DNA of 64,000 bases from Opitutales bacterium. GTDB lineage: Bacteria > Verrucomicrobiota > Verrucomicrobiia > Opitutales > UBA2987. Where the stretch lies: positions 96,001 to 160,000 of the forward strand of contig CBDDEL010000009.1 in assembly GCA_965226885.1 (NCBI GenBank), written 5' to 3'. Shown here in pieces: positions 1-9,921 of the stretch. The position numbers and the translations under genes are program-made. The first letter of the stretch is position 1. Each line of letters starts with the position of its first letter. A model generated the notes under the pieces. It saw nothing but the letters and a program-made list of their open reading frames with translations. It was not told the DNA's origin and did no database searches.

Positions 1-1462
1 GCTGTTTCCAAGGGGTTGCGCCGACTATGTGGCCGCATTTCAGGTCCTGCATATTGTCCCCTGCAATGGCCGCTCCGGAACAGATCAAACCCGCCATATA
101 GATTACCGCTATCGGTCCCAGTGTGGCGGCGAGCCCCGTGTTTCCCATCAACTGTAGCAGGATGAGCGCGGAAACCACCACCGTGGCAATGGTCACTCCT
201 GAAATCGGGTTATTGGAACTGCCCACCAGACCCGACATGTATCCGGCAACCGAACTGAAGACAAACCCGAACACCAACATAAGCGCTGTCATGATGACCG
301 CTATCATCAATTTGTCGGGATAGTCCCCCAAAACAGTGTAAAATATTGCGAAAACTGGAACCACGCTCAAGAGTACCACCCAGCCCACGTAATTGATGGG
401 AGTATCGAATTCCGTCCGGGCCAGTTCCGCGCCGCGGCCCGAGGAAACCGCCCGGTAGGCCGAAAGGCTCGATTTCATGCCTTGCACAATGGGTTTGCAC
501 AGGGAGATCAAAGACCACAGTCCGCCCACCATCATGGCGCCCACCCCGATGCGGCGGCAATTTTGCCAGGACTCCCCGGCCAGGTTGTTCCAGTCATCAG
601 TGGTTAGTGCCGCCCAAGGCGTGGACGGGTCGATTCCCACCGCCACCATCAAGGCGTGGCTGTTAAAGAGCCAATTGAGCGGAACACCGATGATCGTGCC
701 GATGACGCCGCCGGCAAAGACCAGCATGGCGATATTGAAGCCCACGATATAGCCCACCCCGATGAGGGCCGGGCTGAGGGTAATGTTGCCCATAAACAGA
801 TACTTTCCCTTCAGCCAGGCTGCGGTGGCGGCCACGTTTCCGGGCAGTAGGCCGAAACCGGATTCAAATAGTTTAAAAGCCCCCCCGATGGCAGTTGCCT
901 GAATCAACATGCGAAACCCGGCCGTGGAGGCCGAATCGCCCCCCGATTGGCCCCGGGTATGCTCGATTCCGCCGGTTTTCAAAACCTCCGCCGTGGCCAC
1001 GCCTTCCGGAAATTTCAAACGCGCCTCGATAATGAGGGCCTTTCGCAATGGGATAGTGAAGGCCACCCCAAGAATTCCGCCCACTATGGCGATGGCCACA
1101 ATGGGCCAGTATCGATACGTTTCCCAGGCCCCCATCATGACCAGCGCCGGAATCGTAAAAATCATGCCGGCAACGAGGGATTCCCCCGCCGAAGCCGAAG
1201 TCTGCACCAGGTTGTTCTCCAGGATATTGGTTCGCCGGCAGCACCGCAGGACGCCCATCGAAACCGCCGCCGCAGGTATCGACGCAGATACGGTCAAACC
1301 CACCAGTAAACCGATATAAGCATTGGCCGCGGCCAGCGTCATGGAAAGGATCACGCCCAATATAAGCGCTTTAACGGTGATCTCAGTCAGCCGGGTATCG
1401 GGATCAACCAGTGGAGGCGGGAAAGCGTTATTATTGTAATTGTTTTCTTTCTCGTGAGGCAT
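1..1462 (-). CDS. OPT/YSL-family oligopeptide transporter (3' end runs off window)
   Basis: Translated by hand from ATG at 1462: MPHEKEN...EITVKALILGVILSMTLAAANAYIGLLVGLTVSASIPAA...NILENNLVQTSASAGESL and later AGYMSGLVGSSNNPISGVTIAT, typical OPT motifs. Confidence 0.9.
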   Translation of the reverse strand, partial: MPHEKENNYNNNAFPPPLVDPDTRLTEITVKALILGVILSMTLAAANAYIGLLVGLTVSASIPAAAVSMGVLRCCRRTNILENNLVQTSASAGESLVAGMIFTIPALVMMGAWETYRYWPIVAIAIVGGILGVAFTIPLRKALIIEARLKFPEGVATAEVLKTGGIEHTRGQSGGDSASTAGFRMLIQATAIGGAFKLFESGFGLLPGNVAATAAWLKGKYLFMGNITLSPALIGVGYIVGFNIAMLVFAGGVIGTIIGVPLNWLFNSHALMVAVGIDPSTPWAALTTDDWNNLAGESWQNCRRIGVGAMMVGGLWSLISLCKPIVQGMKSSLSAYRAVSSGRGAELARTEFDTPINYVGWVVLLSVVPVFAIFYTVLGDYPDKLMIAVIMTALMLVFGFVFSSVAGYMSGLVGSSNNPISGVTIATVVVSALILLQLMGNTGLAATLGPIAVIYMAGLICSGAAIAGDNMQDLKCGHIVGATPWKQ

Positions 1463-1552
1463 GGCATCAGGTTCTTAACTTAATCAAATCAGGGGGCGCC
1501 AGGAGATTTTGAGATTGATGATATTGCTATATTTTCGCCGCGTCTTCTGTGA

Positions 1553-1963
1553 TTAAAAAGGCTTCAACACGGCGAGATAAATGATCGGAATAAAAATGAG
1601 CAAACTGAATTCATTGAAAATCCGGTAGAAAACGCCGGGTCTGATTTTGCCCCGCTGAAAATCCCTCATGAAAACATAGCACAGCCAATGGTAAATCATG
1701 AGCAATCCGACAAAAACGAGTTTGGCATGCATCCACCCACCCGTGATGCCGTAGCCCAGCCACAGCCACAACCCGAACCCCAAAGCTAGCATTGAGATGA
1801 TCGACATAAATCGAAAAAGCCGGAACTCCATGATGACCAACCGACGCACATCCTGGCCCTCCTTCAGGGCCTCAGCATGATGCACAAAAATCCTCGGTAA
1901 ATAAAATATGCCGGCCATCCAACTGGTAAAAAACAAAATGTGAAACGCTTTAACCCACAACAT
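1553..1963 (-). CDS. hemJ: Protoporphyrinogen oxidase HemJ (CopD/UPF0093 family)
   Basis: MLWVKAFHILFFTSWMAGIFYLPRIFVHH...GWMHAKL...YRIFNE motifs; start set at ATG 1963. Confidence 0.85.
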   Translation of the reverse strand: MLWVKAFHILFFTSWMAGIFYLPRIFVHHAEALKEGQDVRRLVIMEFRLFRFMSIISMLALGFGLWLWLGYGITGGWMHAKLVFVGLLMIYHWLCYVFMRDFQRGKIRPGVFYRIFNEFSLLIFIPIIYLAVLKPF

Positions 1964-2284
1964 GATTCTATTATATTCTATTTCCGTATCCGATCCGTTT
2001 TTAATCAATTCGTTTGATATTAATGCAATATGATTGTAGCACCCCTCCATGACCCCGTAAATGACGTTTGGGGCTAAGTTGGCAGGCTTTCCCCACCAGG
2101 GCAACCCCTCTTATACAGCATAAATTGGAAAATCTTGGTCAATAATCGGTTCCGAATTAGACTTATTCCTCAAATCCCGACCCATACACGGGATTCTCCG
2201 CGATTTTTTTATATTTTCCGTCTGGCAAGTCAATTTGTCTTAGTCATACATTCATTTGCGAAACGAATTTCCAAAAAACAATAA

Positions 2285-3178
2285 ATGCATATTCACGGTG
2301 AAGAATTAATCAAAGAATTGGCCCGGAGGGCGCAGGAATACCGCATTCAGGTCTTGAAGATGGTTCACAAGGCCCAGACGGGTCATATAGGTGGAGCCTT
2401 CTCGGTGGCGGAAATTTTAACTTCGCTTTATTTTCATCACTTGCGGATCGACCCTGAACGTCCCGATTGGCTCAATCGCGACCGGCTCCTCTTTTCCAAA
2501 GGGCATGCCTGCGCCATGCTTTATACGGTTCTCGCCAATCGTGGTTTCTTTCCGGTCGAAGAACTTTCCACTTTTCGCTGTTTGGACAGCCGCTTGCAAG
2601 GTCATCCGGATCGGCTGAAACTTCCGGGAGTGGAGATATCTGCAGGTCCTCTGGGACATGGTGTAGCCATTGGAGCCGGCATGGCCCTGGCATTAAAAAC
2701 GGGGGGAAAGCCCTCATCGCTTAGCTCTCCATCATCCCGTTCTTCAAAGGCCCGGGTTTACGTCGTTCTGGGAGATGGCGAAATAAACGCCGGAGTCATT
2801 TGGGAAGGGGCGCTCGTCTCGTCTAAATATCAATTGGGTAATCTGACTGCGATTCTCGATTACAATGGTATTCAGCAAACCGGTGCCACGGCGGATGTTC
2901 TCTCCACTGAACCAATCGCCGATAAATGGCGATCCTTTGGTTGGCATGTGCAGGAAATACACGGTCATAATGTCCGGGAAATCCTGGAAGCCCTCGATCG
3001 GGCGGACGAAGTGCACGCTCGTCCAAGCATAATCATTGCCCGAACAACCAAAGGAAAAGGAGTTCGCCTAAAAGGAGTTCGCCTGTTTGAATACGATCAC
3101 AGATGGCACGGGGCGGCTCCAGATGAAAAGCAATATCTGGAAGCGTTAAAAGACCTCAAAACGGATTTGGTAATATGA
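2285..3178 (+). CDS. Transketolase N-terminal (TPP-binding) subunit; carries an in-frame 15-bp duplication (KGVRL x2)
   Basis: GHIGGAFS, DRLLFSKGHA, LQGHP, GPLGHG, GDGE motifs. Confidence 0.9.
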   Translation: MHIHGEELIKELARRAQEYRIQVLKMVHKAQTGHIGGAFSVAEILTSLYFHHLRIDPERPDWLNRDRLLFSKGHACAMLYTVLANRGFFPVEELSTFRCLDSRLQGHPDRLKLPGVEISAGPLGHGVAIGAGMALALKTGGKPSSLSSPSSRSSKARVYVVLGDGEINAGVIWEGALVSSKYQLGNLTAILDYNGIQQTGATADVLSTEPIADKWRSFGWHVQEIHGHNVREILEALDRADEVHARPSIIIARTTKGKGVRLKGVRLFEYDHRWHGAAPDEKQYLEALKDLKTDLVI

Positions 3179-4130
3179 AAAAAATGGAATCGATGCGCTT
3201 GGCTTACGGTCAGACCCTGGTTGAGTTAGGGGAAACAAACCCGGATGTGGTTGCGCTTAGCGCGGATGTATCGAATTCGGATCACAGTTTCATGTTTCAA
3301 GAGGCCTTTCCCGATCGGTTTTTCAATGTCGGAATCGCCGAACAAGCGCTGGTCGATGTGGCAGTGGGTTTGGCCTATGCGGGAAAAGTTCCGTTTGCCA
3401 ATACATTCGCATTTCTTTTTGCCACCAGGGCGCTTGAAATGATTCGAACGCATCTTTGTTACGGCAAAGCCAATGTAAAATTGATGGCCGCTTACAGCGG
3501 GCTCTCCGATTCGTTCGACGGCCCGACGCACCACTCCATCACCGACTTGGCCATCATGCGGAGTCTTCCCGATATGACGGTGATTATCCCGAGTGATCCG
3601 GTTAGCCTAAAGGGGCTCCTGATTCAAGCGTCTGAGTTGCAAGGCCCGGTATATTTCAGGCTTAACCGAAATGAGGTTCCTGTTATTTTCGACGACAATT
3701 TCACGCCTGAAATAGGAAAGGTGGAGATTTTGCGAGCCGGAAACGCTGTATCCTTGATCGGAACCGGAATCATGGTCAGTCGTAGCCTGGAAGCGGCAGA
3801 GATTTTGGCGGAACAGGGAATTGATGCCAGAGTGATCGATGTCCACACACTTAAACCACTGGACCGAAAATGCATTACTCTTGCCGCCAAGGAAACCAGA
3901 GCCTTGGTAACTGCGGAGGAGCACAGTATAATTGGCGGTCTAGGCAGCGCGGTAACGGAATTGGCCGCCGAAGTTTGCCCGGTGCCCATACGGCGCGTCG
4001 GGATATCGGATCGTTTTGCTGAAACGGGTCCTTATATGCAATTGTTGGATTGTTGGATAAGTATGGAATGGCTGTAGAGAATATCGTAGAAGCGGCCCGC
4101 GAGGTTTTTTCAAAAAAAGCAGGAAATTGA
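3175..4130 (+). CDS. Transketolase C-terminal subunit; last ~25 codons frameshifted by an 8-bp duplication at 4041-4056
   Basis: FFNVGIAEQ, DGPTHHS, EEHSIIGGLGS motifs; removing one ATTGTTGG copy restores ...QLLDKYGMAVENIVEAAREVFSKKAGN* ending at 4130. Confidence 0.85.
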
Positions 4131-4175
4131 TTGATAACAGGAATCCGAAGTAAGGCTGTAGAACTTTAAAAAAAT

Positions 4176-4252
4176 TGGTCGGGGCGACTGGATTTGAACC
4201 AGCGACCTCTGCGTCCCGAACGCAGCGCTCTGCCAGGCTGAGCTACGCCCCG
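4176..4252 (-). tRNA. tRNA-Pro(CGG)
   Basis: Reverse complement CGGGGCGTAGCTCAGCCTGGCAGAGCGCTGCGTTCGGGACGCAG...GGTTCAAATCCAGTCGCCCCGACCA; cloverleaf with CGG anticodon and encoded CCA. Confidence 0.95.
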
Positions 4253-4268
4253 ATTTGCCTTTTATCTA

Positions 4269-6109
4269 GAGGCTGTCCCAAAAGGGTGATTTTTGCGAGG
4301 GCTTTTGATAGGCGCTCATTTTAGAGGTATTTGCATTTGGGAGAGTATCAACTTTGCTCTCCTATAACGTTAGGATACTGGTTTTGGGGTCCGGTTGCCT
4401 GGTTTTCTTTGTATGAGCCGACAGTACGGCTGTGAAAAAGTATTGTCCTTGCTTTTCCGCTCTCTAGGCCGCCGCTTTGGTTTTTAGTTCGTCTTGCTGG
4501 GCCAGCATCTTGGCTACTTTCCATAGGTTGTGCGAGAGTACCGACCAGGGGTTGTGCGAGAGTACCGACCAGGCTACGCTGATCGAGCGGTTGGCAAAGC
4601 CTTTGCTGCGCAACCGCCCGGCCTGCCAGCGATTCTTCAATACCCCGATCCGCCCTTCGGTGCTGGCCCGGCGCTTTTGCAATTGTCTGAACAGTGGTTC
4701 CTCCATCCGTTTTTTCAACTGCTTCGGATCGCGTGGACAGAGCGCGTCGTAGATTCCCTCCTGGGCTAACTGCCGGCGGGCCCGCTGGGAGGCAAATCCC
4801 CGGTCCGCGCACATGGCCGCTATGGGTTCTTCCAGGTTGAAGCGGTTCTGTCTTTGCAAACTCTCTTGCATTTGTTCATTTTCGCTTGGAGTTCGGCTGC
4901 CGTAGAGTTTCCAGTCCAGCAGGTACCCTTCAACGCTTTCTCCCAAAAACAGGGTGTTGCCGAACTCGACCTCTTGGCCCGCTTTACCTCGCACAATCAC
5001 CTGCACATCGAGTTCGTAAACACTCAAGACTTTCTCTGCGTTTTTCACCTGGCGGCCGCCAATGATCCGCTCGTGCGCCTGTTTGATGACCACCGGGATT
5101 TGCTCGCTCATGCGCTCCATCCGGGCGAGGATCTGTTGGACCTGTTTTTCGCTGTAATCGCTTTGCTCCCAGCAGGCTTGCAATAATTCCCGGTGACTGC
5201 GGGCATGCTCCCCGATCCGTTTGAGCAGCTTTTTCATCTGCCTCAAGATACCCTTGCGCTGCCGCGCGCTGTCCTTTCGCCGCCGGCTGTGGGTCATCTG
5301 TATGCACAGCCGATTCATCTGCCGAGCCAAGGGCTCCGGTTCGATCGGCATGCGATGGCGCAAACCGGCCTTCTCGCGGATCAGCCGGATCGCTTTGAGC
5401 AACGTGCCGGCTACATCCTTGAGTAATACCCAGTCCGTCGGCCAATGAATGTTAGCCTCCAAACAGGTGCCGTCGCTCAGGCAAATGGTGGGGTCAATCG
5501 GCTTGTCCAATCCCACCTGCCGGGCCAGAAGGGCATCGCCCACCACCTCAGTCAAGGTCCGGTGCAAGGCCCTCAACTGCTCTTCGCTGAAAAACTTCGA
5601 GGCCCGCTCCAGGGTGCTTTTGGAGATGCCCCTGATGCCATCGATCTGCCGGACACGGCAAAAGTCGGCCAACAGATCGCTGCTGCCCAGAGCCCGCGAC
5701 AAATGCCGAAACGAAATCCCTCCGAGCAGACGGCCCAGCGTATCCATGCGCAGTGCCTTGATGGCAAAACTGGCCCGCTGCCGCCGGGCCTTTAGACCCA
5801 TTGGCGGCCACCCCTCCAAGGCCAGCTCAATGGCCTGCGATTCCACCTCCGAGTCGATCAGCAGCCGATCGATTCGATCAATGGTGGCGCGGAAGTTATC
5901 GTAATCGAGGCACCGGTCGACCACAGTTAAAGCTGGACGCAGGAGGCATTGGATGGCTATATTTCTCATAGAAAGGGCTATATTGATTTTCGCTAACTCA
6001 ATTATAGAACCCTTTTTTGGCCGGATCGAGCAAAAACTTGCTCTTTCCGGCTCTTTTTATCAACGTCATCCAGTTGACTATAAAATCTTTATATTTTTGG
6101 GACAGCCTC
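4269..6109 (-). mobile_element. IS5/ISNCY-like insertion sequence, copy 1 (1817-bp consensus plus 24-bp duplication)
   Basis: 15-bp terminal inverted repeats GAGGCTGTCCCAAAA/TTTTGGGACAGCCTC; near-identical to the copies at 21882, 24501 and 42355. Confidence 0.92.
4464..5969 (-). CDS. DDE transposase (IS5/ISNCY-like)
   Basis: DGTCLEANIHWPTD, RGKAGQEVEFG, ADRGF, RASTEGRIG motifs; duplicated WSVLSHN segment near the C-terminus. Confidence 0.88.
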   Translation of the reverse strand: MRNIAIQCLLRPALTVVDRCLDYDNFRATIDRIDRLLIDSEVESQAIELALEGWPPMGLKARRQRASFAIKALRMDTLGRLLGGISFRHLSRALGSSDLLADFCRVRQIDGIRGISKSTLERASKFFSEEQLRALHRTLTEVVGDALLARQVGLDKPIDPTICLSDGTCLEANIHWPTDWVLLKDVAGTLLKAIRLIREKAGLRHRMPIEPEPLARQMNRLCIQMTHSRRRKDSARQRKGILRQMKKLLKRIGEHARSHRELLQACWEQSDYSEKQVQQILARMERMSEQIPVVIKQAHERIIGGRQVKNAEKVLSVYELDVQVIVRGKAGQEVEFGNTLFLGESVEGYLLDWKLYGSRTPSENEQMQESLQRQNRFNLEEPIAAMCADRGFASQRARRQLAQEGIYDALCPRDPKQLKKRMEEPLFRQLQKRRASTEGRIGVLKNRWQAGRLRSKGFANRSISVAWSVLSHNPWSVLSHNLWKVAKMLAQQDELKTKAAA

Positions 6110-6114
6110 CAACT

Positions 6115-7665
6115 ATGTCTAATCGAATGTGGAATAGAGTAATAACTTTAACATATCTGGGGATTTGCCTTGCCAGCGTTGCTCTACAGCCTGAAGCGAG
6201 TGCCAAATCCGGCGAACTTGCAAGCTTTCGGTTTACCGTCACTGGTGATCCCCGCAATGAGGTGTTGAAATGGGAACATACCCTCGAACAAATTACCGAT
6301 AAGGTGGGCGATGAGGGCGCTTTCCATATCACTGCGGGTGATTATTTCCAGCATGGCTCAATAACCATGGCGGTCGATTTTTATGAGAGCCTGAAAAAGG
6401 AATTTGGGGACGATGTGGTTTGGTATCCAACAGTCGGGAATCACGAGACCCAGGAAGACAGTACCGATGTGGAATGGCTCCGAAAGTATTACCATGATTA
6501 TCTCAAAGGAACGGTCAATCCAGGTCCCCCCAACGGAGTCGAAACCATCTATTCGTTCGACTATGAGGATGCCCACTTTGTGCAACTCAACCAGTATTAT
6601 GACGGGGAGACGGACAAGCATCATGACGGGGATTTCCGCGACGCCCTTTACAATTGGCTGGTTGAGGACTTAGAGAAAAATACAAAACCTCTGATTTTCG
6701 TGGTCTATCATGCGCCCTTGTTTCCGGAAGGGCGGGGCGGCAAGAAAAATGATGGGGATCCGGAATATACTAAACGTTTCTGGAAACTCATGGAAGATAA
6801 GAAAGTTATAGCCGCCATCTGCGCCGACACGCATACTTATGGGAGAGGGCGCTACGCGGGCAATCCTTACACTTGGGAAATAGACGTCGGTAATGCGGGC
6901 CGTCAAAGCCACGCCGACCGGCATCAAACTTTTTTGGACGTCATTGTAACGGGAAGCGAGGTGCGATTCAATGCATGGCAAGGACTCGAAGGGGAGGAGT
7001 TCGAAATCACGGACACGTGGACCGTCAATGGAGCTGAAGTCACACACATTTGGACGGCGCCTCAAGCCCAATCGGATTCTAATAGAATAGTGGCGCCTGA
7101 GACTGTTATGGCAGCCCTTAAGACCTTCGCTCAAGGCACTGAGATCGACGATTATATTGAACGGGCCGAAGAAGACGGGATAATTGTATACGAGGCCAGT
7201 ATCAAAAGGGATAATAAGGAGATCGGTGTCACCCTGTCTGAGACTGGAGATATCCTGGAGGTAGAGGAGGAGGAAGAAATCTCTTGGGAGCAACTTCCTC
7301 TCCGGGCGCGAGCTGCCTTGGAAAAGATTGATCCGCATAACCGACCGGGAGATATCAAATTCGTCACCAGCGACGGTATAAGCTTTTACGACGTCGGGTA
7401 TGCATTAAAGGGGTCAGGCCGTGATGTTTCCTTGAGTGAGGATGGTGAAGTTTTAGAAATCGGGCAGCCGATTCGCGCCTCAAGACTGCCTTCGGCTATC
7501 CTTGAACAGATCGCCAAGCGCTATCCTGGAGCGGCCATTAAGGAAGCGGAATCAAAAACAATAACCCACTACGAAATCACGTTGCACGAAAATGGCAAAC
7601 TAACCGAAGTCGAGGCGATTGCCACCGGTGAAATTGATGAGAACGATGGTGACGCCGAGAAATGA
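6115..7665 (+). CDS. Secreted calcineurin-like metallophosphoesterase fused to C-terminal PepSY/BLIP-like repeats
   Basis: Signal-like N-terminus; TGD, AGDY, VGNHE and HAP motifs; C-terminal repeats such as ...YEASIK...SETGDILEVE and LPSAILEQIAKRYPGAAIKEAE; the ORF-track start at 5953 lies inside the IS. Confidence 0.7.
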   Translation: MSNRMWNRVITLTYLGICLASVALQPEASAKSGELASFRFTVTGDPRNEVLKWEHTLEQITDKVGDEGAFHITAGDYFQHGSITMAVDFYESLKKEFGDDVVWYPTVGNHETQEDSTDVEWLRKYYHDYLKGTVNPGPPNGVETIYSFDYEDAHFVQLNQYYDGETDKHHDGDFRDALYNWLVEDLEKNTKPLIFVVYHAPLFPEGRGGKKNDGDPEYTKRFWKLMEDKKVIAAICADTHTYGRGRYAGNPYTWEIDVGNAGRQSHADRHQTFLDVIVTGSEVRFNAWQGLEGEEFEITDTWTVNGAEVTHIWTAPQAQSDSNRIVAPETVMAALKTFAQGTEIDDYIERAEEDGIIVYEASIKRDNKEIGVTLSETGDILEVEEEEEISWEQLPLRARAALEKIDPHNRPGDIKFVTSDGISFYDVGYALKGSGRDVSLSEDGEVLEIGQPIRASRLPSAILEQIAKRYPGAAIKEAESKTITHYEITLHENGKLTEVEAIATGEIDENDGDAEK

Positions 7666-7800
7666 CAGAACTGTCATCTCTGCCAAAGTTGATTTGTAAC
7701 CTTAAATGGTTATAATTATTGAATGCTAAAAATGAATGTGACTCGTATTATTCCAATAATCCTGTTGGGATCGATTATTCCGTTGAAAGCGGCGACGCAG
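7655..7800 (+). repeat. Copy A of a ~145-bp diverged direct repeat (upstream gene end, intergenic region, signal-peptide coding)
   Basis: GAGAAATGACAGAACTGTCATCTCTGCCAAAGTTGA...ATGAATGTGA...GCGGCGACGCA aligns with 9712-9858. Confidence 0.85.
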
Positions 7801-9693
7801 CCCCCGCCGATTGGAGAATCGGCGAAAGAACCCGTCAAGTATATTGGCGCAAAGCAAACCGACAAACATTACTTCCATGGCGGCCTGCGCCATGCTGTGG
7901 GCGTGCATCGCTATCAGGCACTGCGCGCCAATCGTGAATACCCGCCCGAGGTCGGCAGTGAGGCTGGATGGACATATAATCACCAACCCAATTTGGCGTA
8001 TTGGAATGACCTTTTTTATCTCCATTACATGAGCAACCGGGTCGAGGAACACCTCCCGCCCAGTCGTACTCTGCTGATGACATCGAAAGACGGACGCCAC
8101 TGGTCGCAGCCCGTCATTATATTCCCGGAGTATGAACTGCCGGAAATCAGGTTTGGCCCCGAGGCCGGTTGGAATAAGAGAGGGGAGCTGCACGAGGAAA
8201 TTTTTGTGGCGGCCGGGACCAAGTCGATCATGCATCAGCGCATGGGTTTCTATATCGCCCCCGATGGGCGAATGCTTACCCTAGCGTTCTACAGCTTCCT
8301 ACCCCATACGCGCCTGTCGGCATCCATTTACGGCCTCGGTCTGGGCAATGTGGTTCGGGAAGTTTACAAAGATGGCACATTCGGCCCGATATACTTTATC
8401 CGTTACAACACACACGCCGGCTGGAACGAGAACAACACTAAATATCCGTTTTATAAGCGGAACGCCGACAAGGGCTTTGTGGACGCCTGCGACGCCCTGC
8501 TCAAAGACAAACTGATGACCCTGCAATGGTGGGAGATGGATCGATCGACCGACGGTTTTTACCCGATCGAGCCGGGCGATCTGGAACCCAAGGCGTTGAG
8601 CTATTACCACCGGCCCGACGGCGTCGTGGTCGGTCTTTGGAAAAACGCGACTTCCGCGCTGACAGACAATGAGGGCCGGTCCTGGACGGATTTCGCCCAC
8701 TCGTCGACTCTGAAAACTTGCTTCGCCAAAATTTGGGGCCAGCGGTCTGAGGACGGGCTTTTCGCTCTGGTTTACAATCATTCCGCCACACGACGTAATC
8801 GGTTTCCGCTCGTCGTGATGACTGGCGAGGACGGTCACATCTTCGACAACATGCTCTGCCTGCACGGTGAAGTGCCGCCGATGCGCTATCAGGGTATTCA
8901 TAAAAACATCGGTCCCCAATATATCCGGGGCATTATGGAGAAAAACGGCGATCCACCCGGCAAGCACATGTGGAACACTTACAGCATGAACAAGGAGGAT
9001 ATGTGGGTCAGCCGCACACATCTGCCGATAAGCGGAACCGTCGAAAATCATGTGAACCAGAACTTTGACAGCGCAAGGACCGAGTCGGATCTCGAACTGT
9101 GGAACTTCCATATACCACAGTGGGCGCCGATCTCGGTCCTCAGCTTGCCGGGATCAACCAATCGCGTCCTGGAACTCAGGGATGAGGACCCCTATGATTA
9201 CGCGTTGGCCGAGCGGGCTTTTCCCGTCAGCCAAAAAGCAACCGTGGAATTCCAGGTATTATCCCGGAAGACCGGAATGAACATCCTTGAATTTGAAATT
9301 CACGATCAAGATGGCCGACGGGCGCTACGGCTGCGGTTCGAGCCGACCGCGCTCACCCTGGACCTGATGAAGGTGGAACCGCGGCCACTTGCTTTCAGGA
9401 CCAATCACTGGCATCGGATCAAGATCGAATTCGATTGTGAAAAGCAGAGTTACGATCTGTGGGTGAATGATGAACTAGCCATAAAGGGCGTGGAATTCGC
9501 ATCTAACGTAGAGTCACTGGAACGGATGGTGTTTCGGACCGGCTCGTGGCGAGGAGACGTACGGATGTTCATCCTGAACGGCGAACCGGGCAATCCCGGC
9601 CTCTACATGGAGGATCTGCCGGGCGCATCGCAAAAAACAGCGGCGAGTGTATTCTGGATTGATAACGTGAAAACCCATACCGCCAGTAATTAG
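7723..9693 (+). CDS. Secreted beta-propeller glycoside hydrolase (sialidase/BNR-like, resembles GH143)
   Basis: AVGVH...RANRE...GWTYNH.P.LAYWN..FYL.Y.S...EH.PP..TLL.TSKDG..WS pattern recalled from the Bacteroides GH143 domain; Asp-box-like TSKDGRHW and TDNEGRSW. Confidence 0.65.
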   Translation: MLKMNVTRIIPIILLGSIIPLKAATQPPPIGESAKEPVKYIGAKQTDKHYFHGGLRHAVGVHRYQALRANREYPPEVGSEAGWTYNHQPNLAYWNDLFYLHYMSNRVEEHLPPSRTLLMTSKDGRHWSQPVIIFPEYELPEIRFGPEAGWNKRGELHEEIFVAAGTKSIMHQRMGFYIAPDGRMLTLAFYSFLPHTRLSASIYGLGLGNVVREVYKDGTFGPIYFIRYNTHAGWNENNTKYPFYKRNADKGFVDACDALLKDKLMTLQWWEMDRSTDGFYPIEPGDLEPKALSYYHRPDGVVVGLWKNATSALTDNEGRSWTDFAHSSTLKTCFAKIWGQRSEDGLFALVYNHSATRRNRFPLVVMTGEDGHIFDNMLCLHGEVPPMRYQGIHKNIGPQYIRGIMEKNGDPPGKHMWNTYSMNKEDMWVSRTHLPISGTVENHVNQNFDSARTESDLELWNFHIPQWAPISVLSLPGSTNRVLELRDEDPYDYALAERAFPVSQKATVEFQVLSRKTGMNILEFEIHDQDGRRALRLRFEPTALTLDLMKVEPRPLAFRTNHWHRIKIEFDCEKQSYDLWVNDELAIKGVEFASNVESLERMVFRTGSWRGDVRMFILNGEPGNPGLYMEDLPGASQKTAASVFWIDNVKTHTASN

Positions 9694-9780
9694 AACCATG
9701 GATAAGCAGACGACGAGAAATGACAAAACTGTCATCTCTGCCAAAGTTGAATTTTAATCTTCAATGGTTATATTTATTGA

Positions 9781-9908
9781 ATGTCAAAAATGAATGTGAT
9801 TCGTATTTTTCCGATAATCCTGATGGGATCGATTGTTCCCTTCCCGGCGGCGACGCAAAGGTCGGTCTCAGTGTTTATTGGATCGACGATGTGAAGACTG
9901 GAAATTGA
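9781..9908 (+). pseudogene. Internally deleted paralog of the 7723-9693 hydrolase (only N- and C-terminal ends remain)
   Basis: MSKMNVIRIFPIILMGSIVP matches MLKMNVTRIIPIILLGSIIP; in another frame LPGGDAKVGLSVYWIDDVKTGN* matches LPGASQKTAASVFWIDNVKTHTASN*. Confidence 0.8.
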
Positions 9909-9921
9909 AGGATTGGATAAA

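Noticed and set aside
2040..2110. GC-rich, possibly structured leader upstream of hemJ as a riboswitch or ncRNA
   Set aside because: No recognisable conserved riboswitch motif; needs an Rfam/Infernal scan
5953..6114. N-terminal extension of the 570-aa ORF, and similar MGQPL/RGCPKRV ORF ends at 24513, 26256, 42367 and 44224
   Set aside because: Read-through of IS terminal sequence, not real protein
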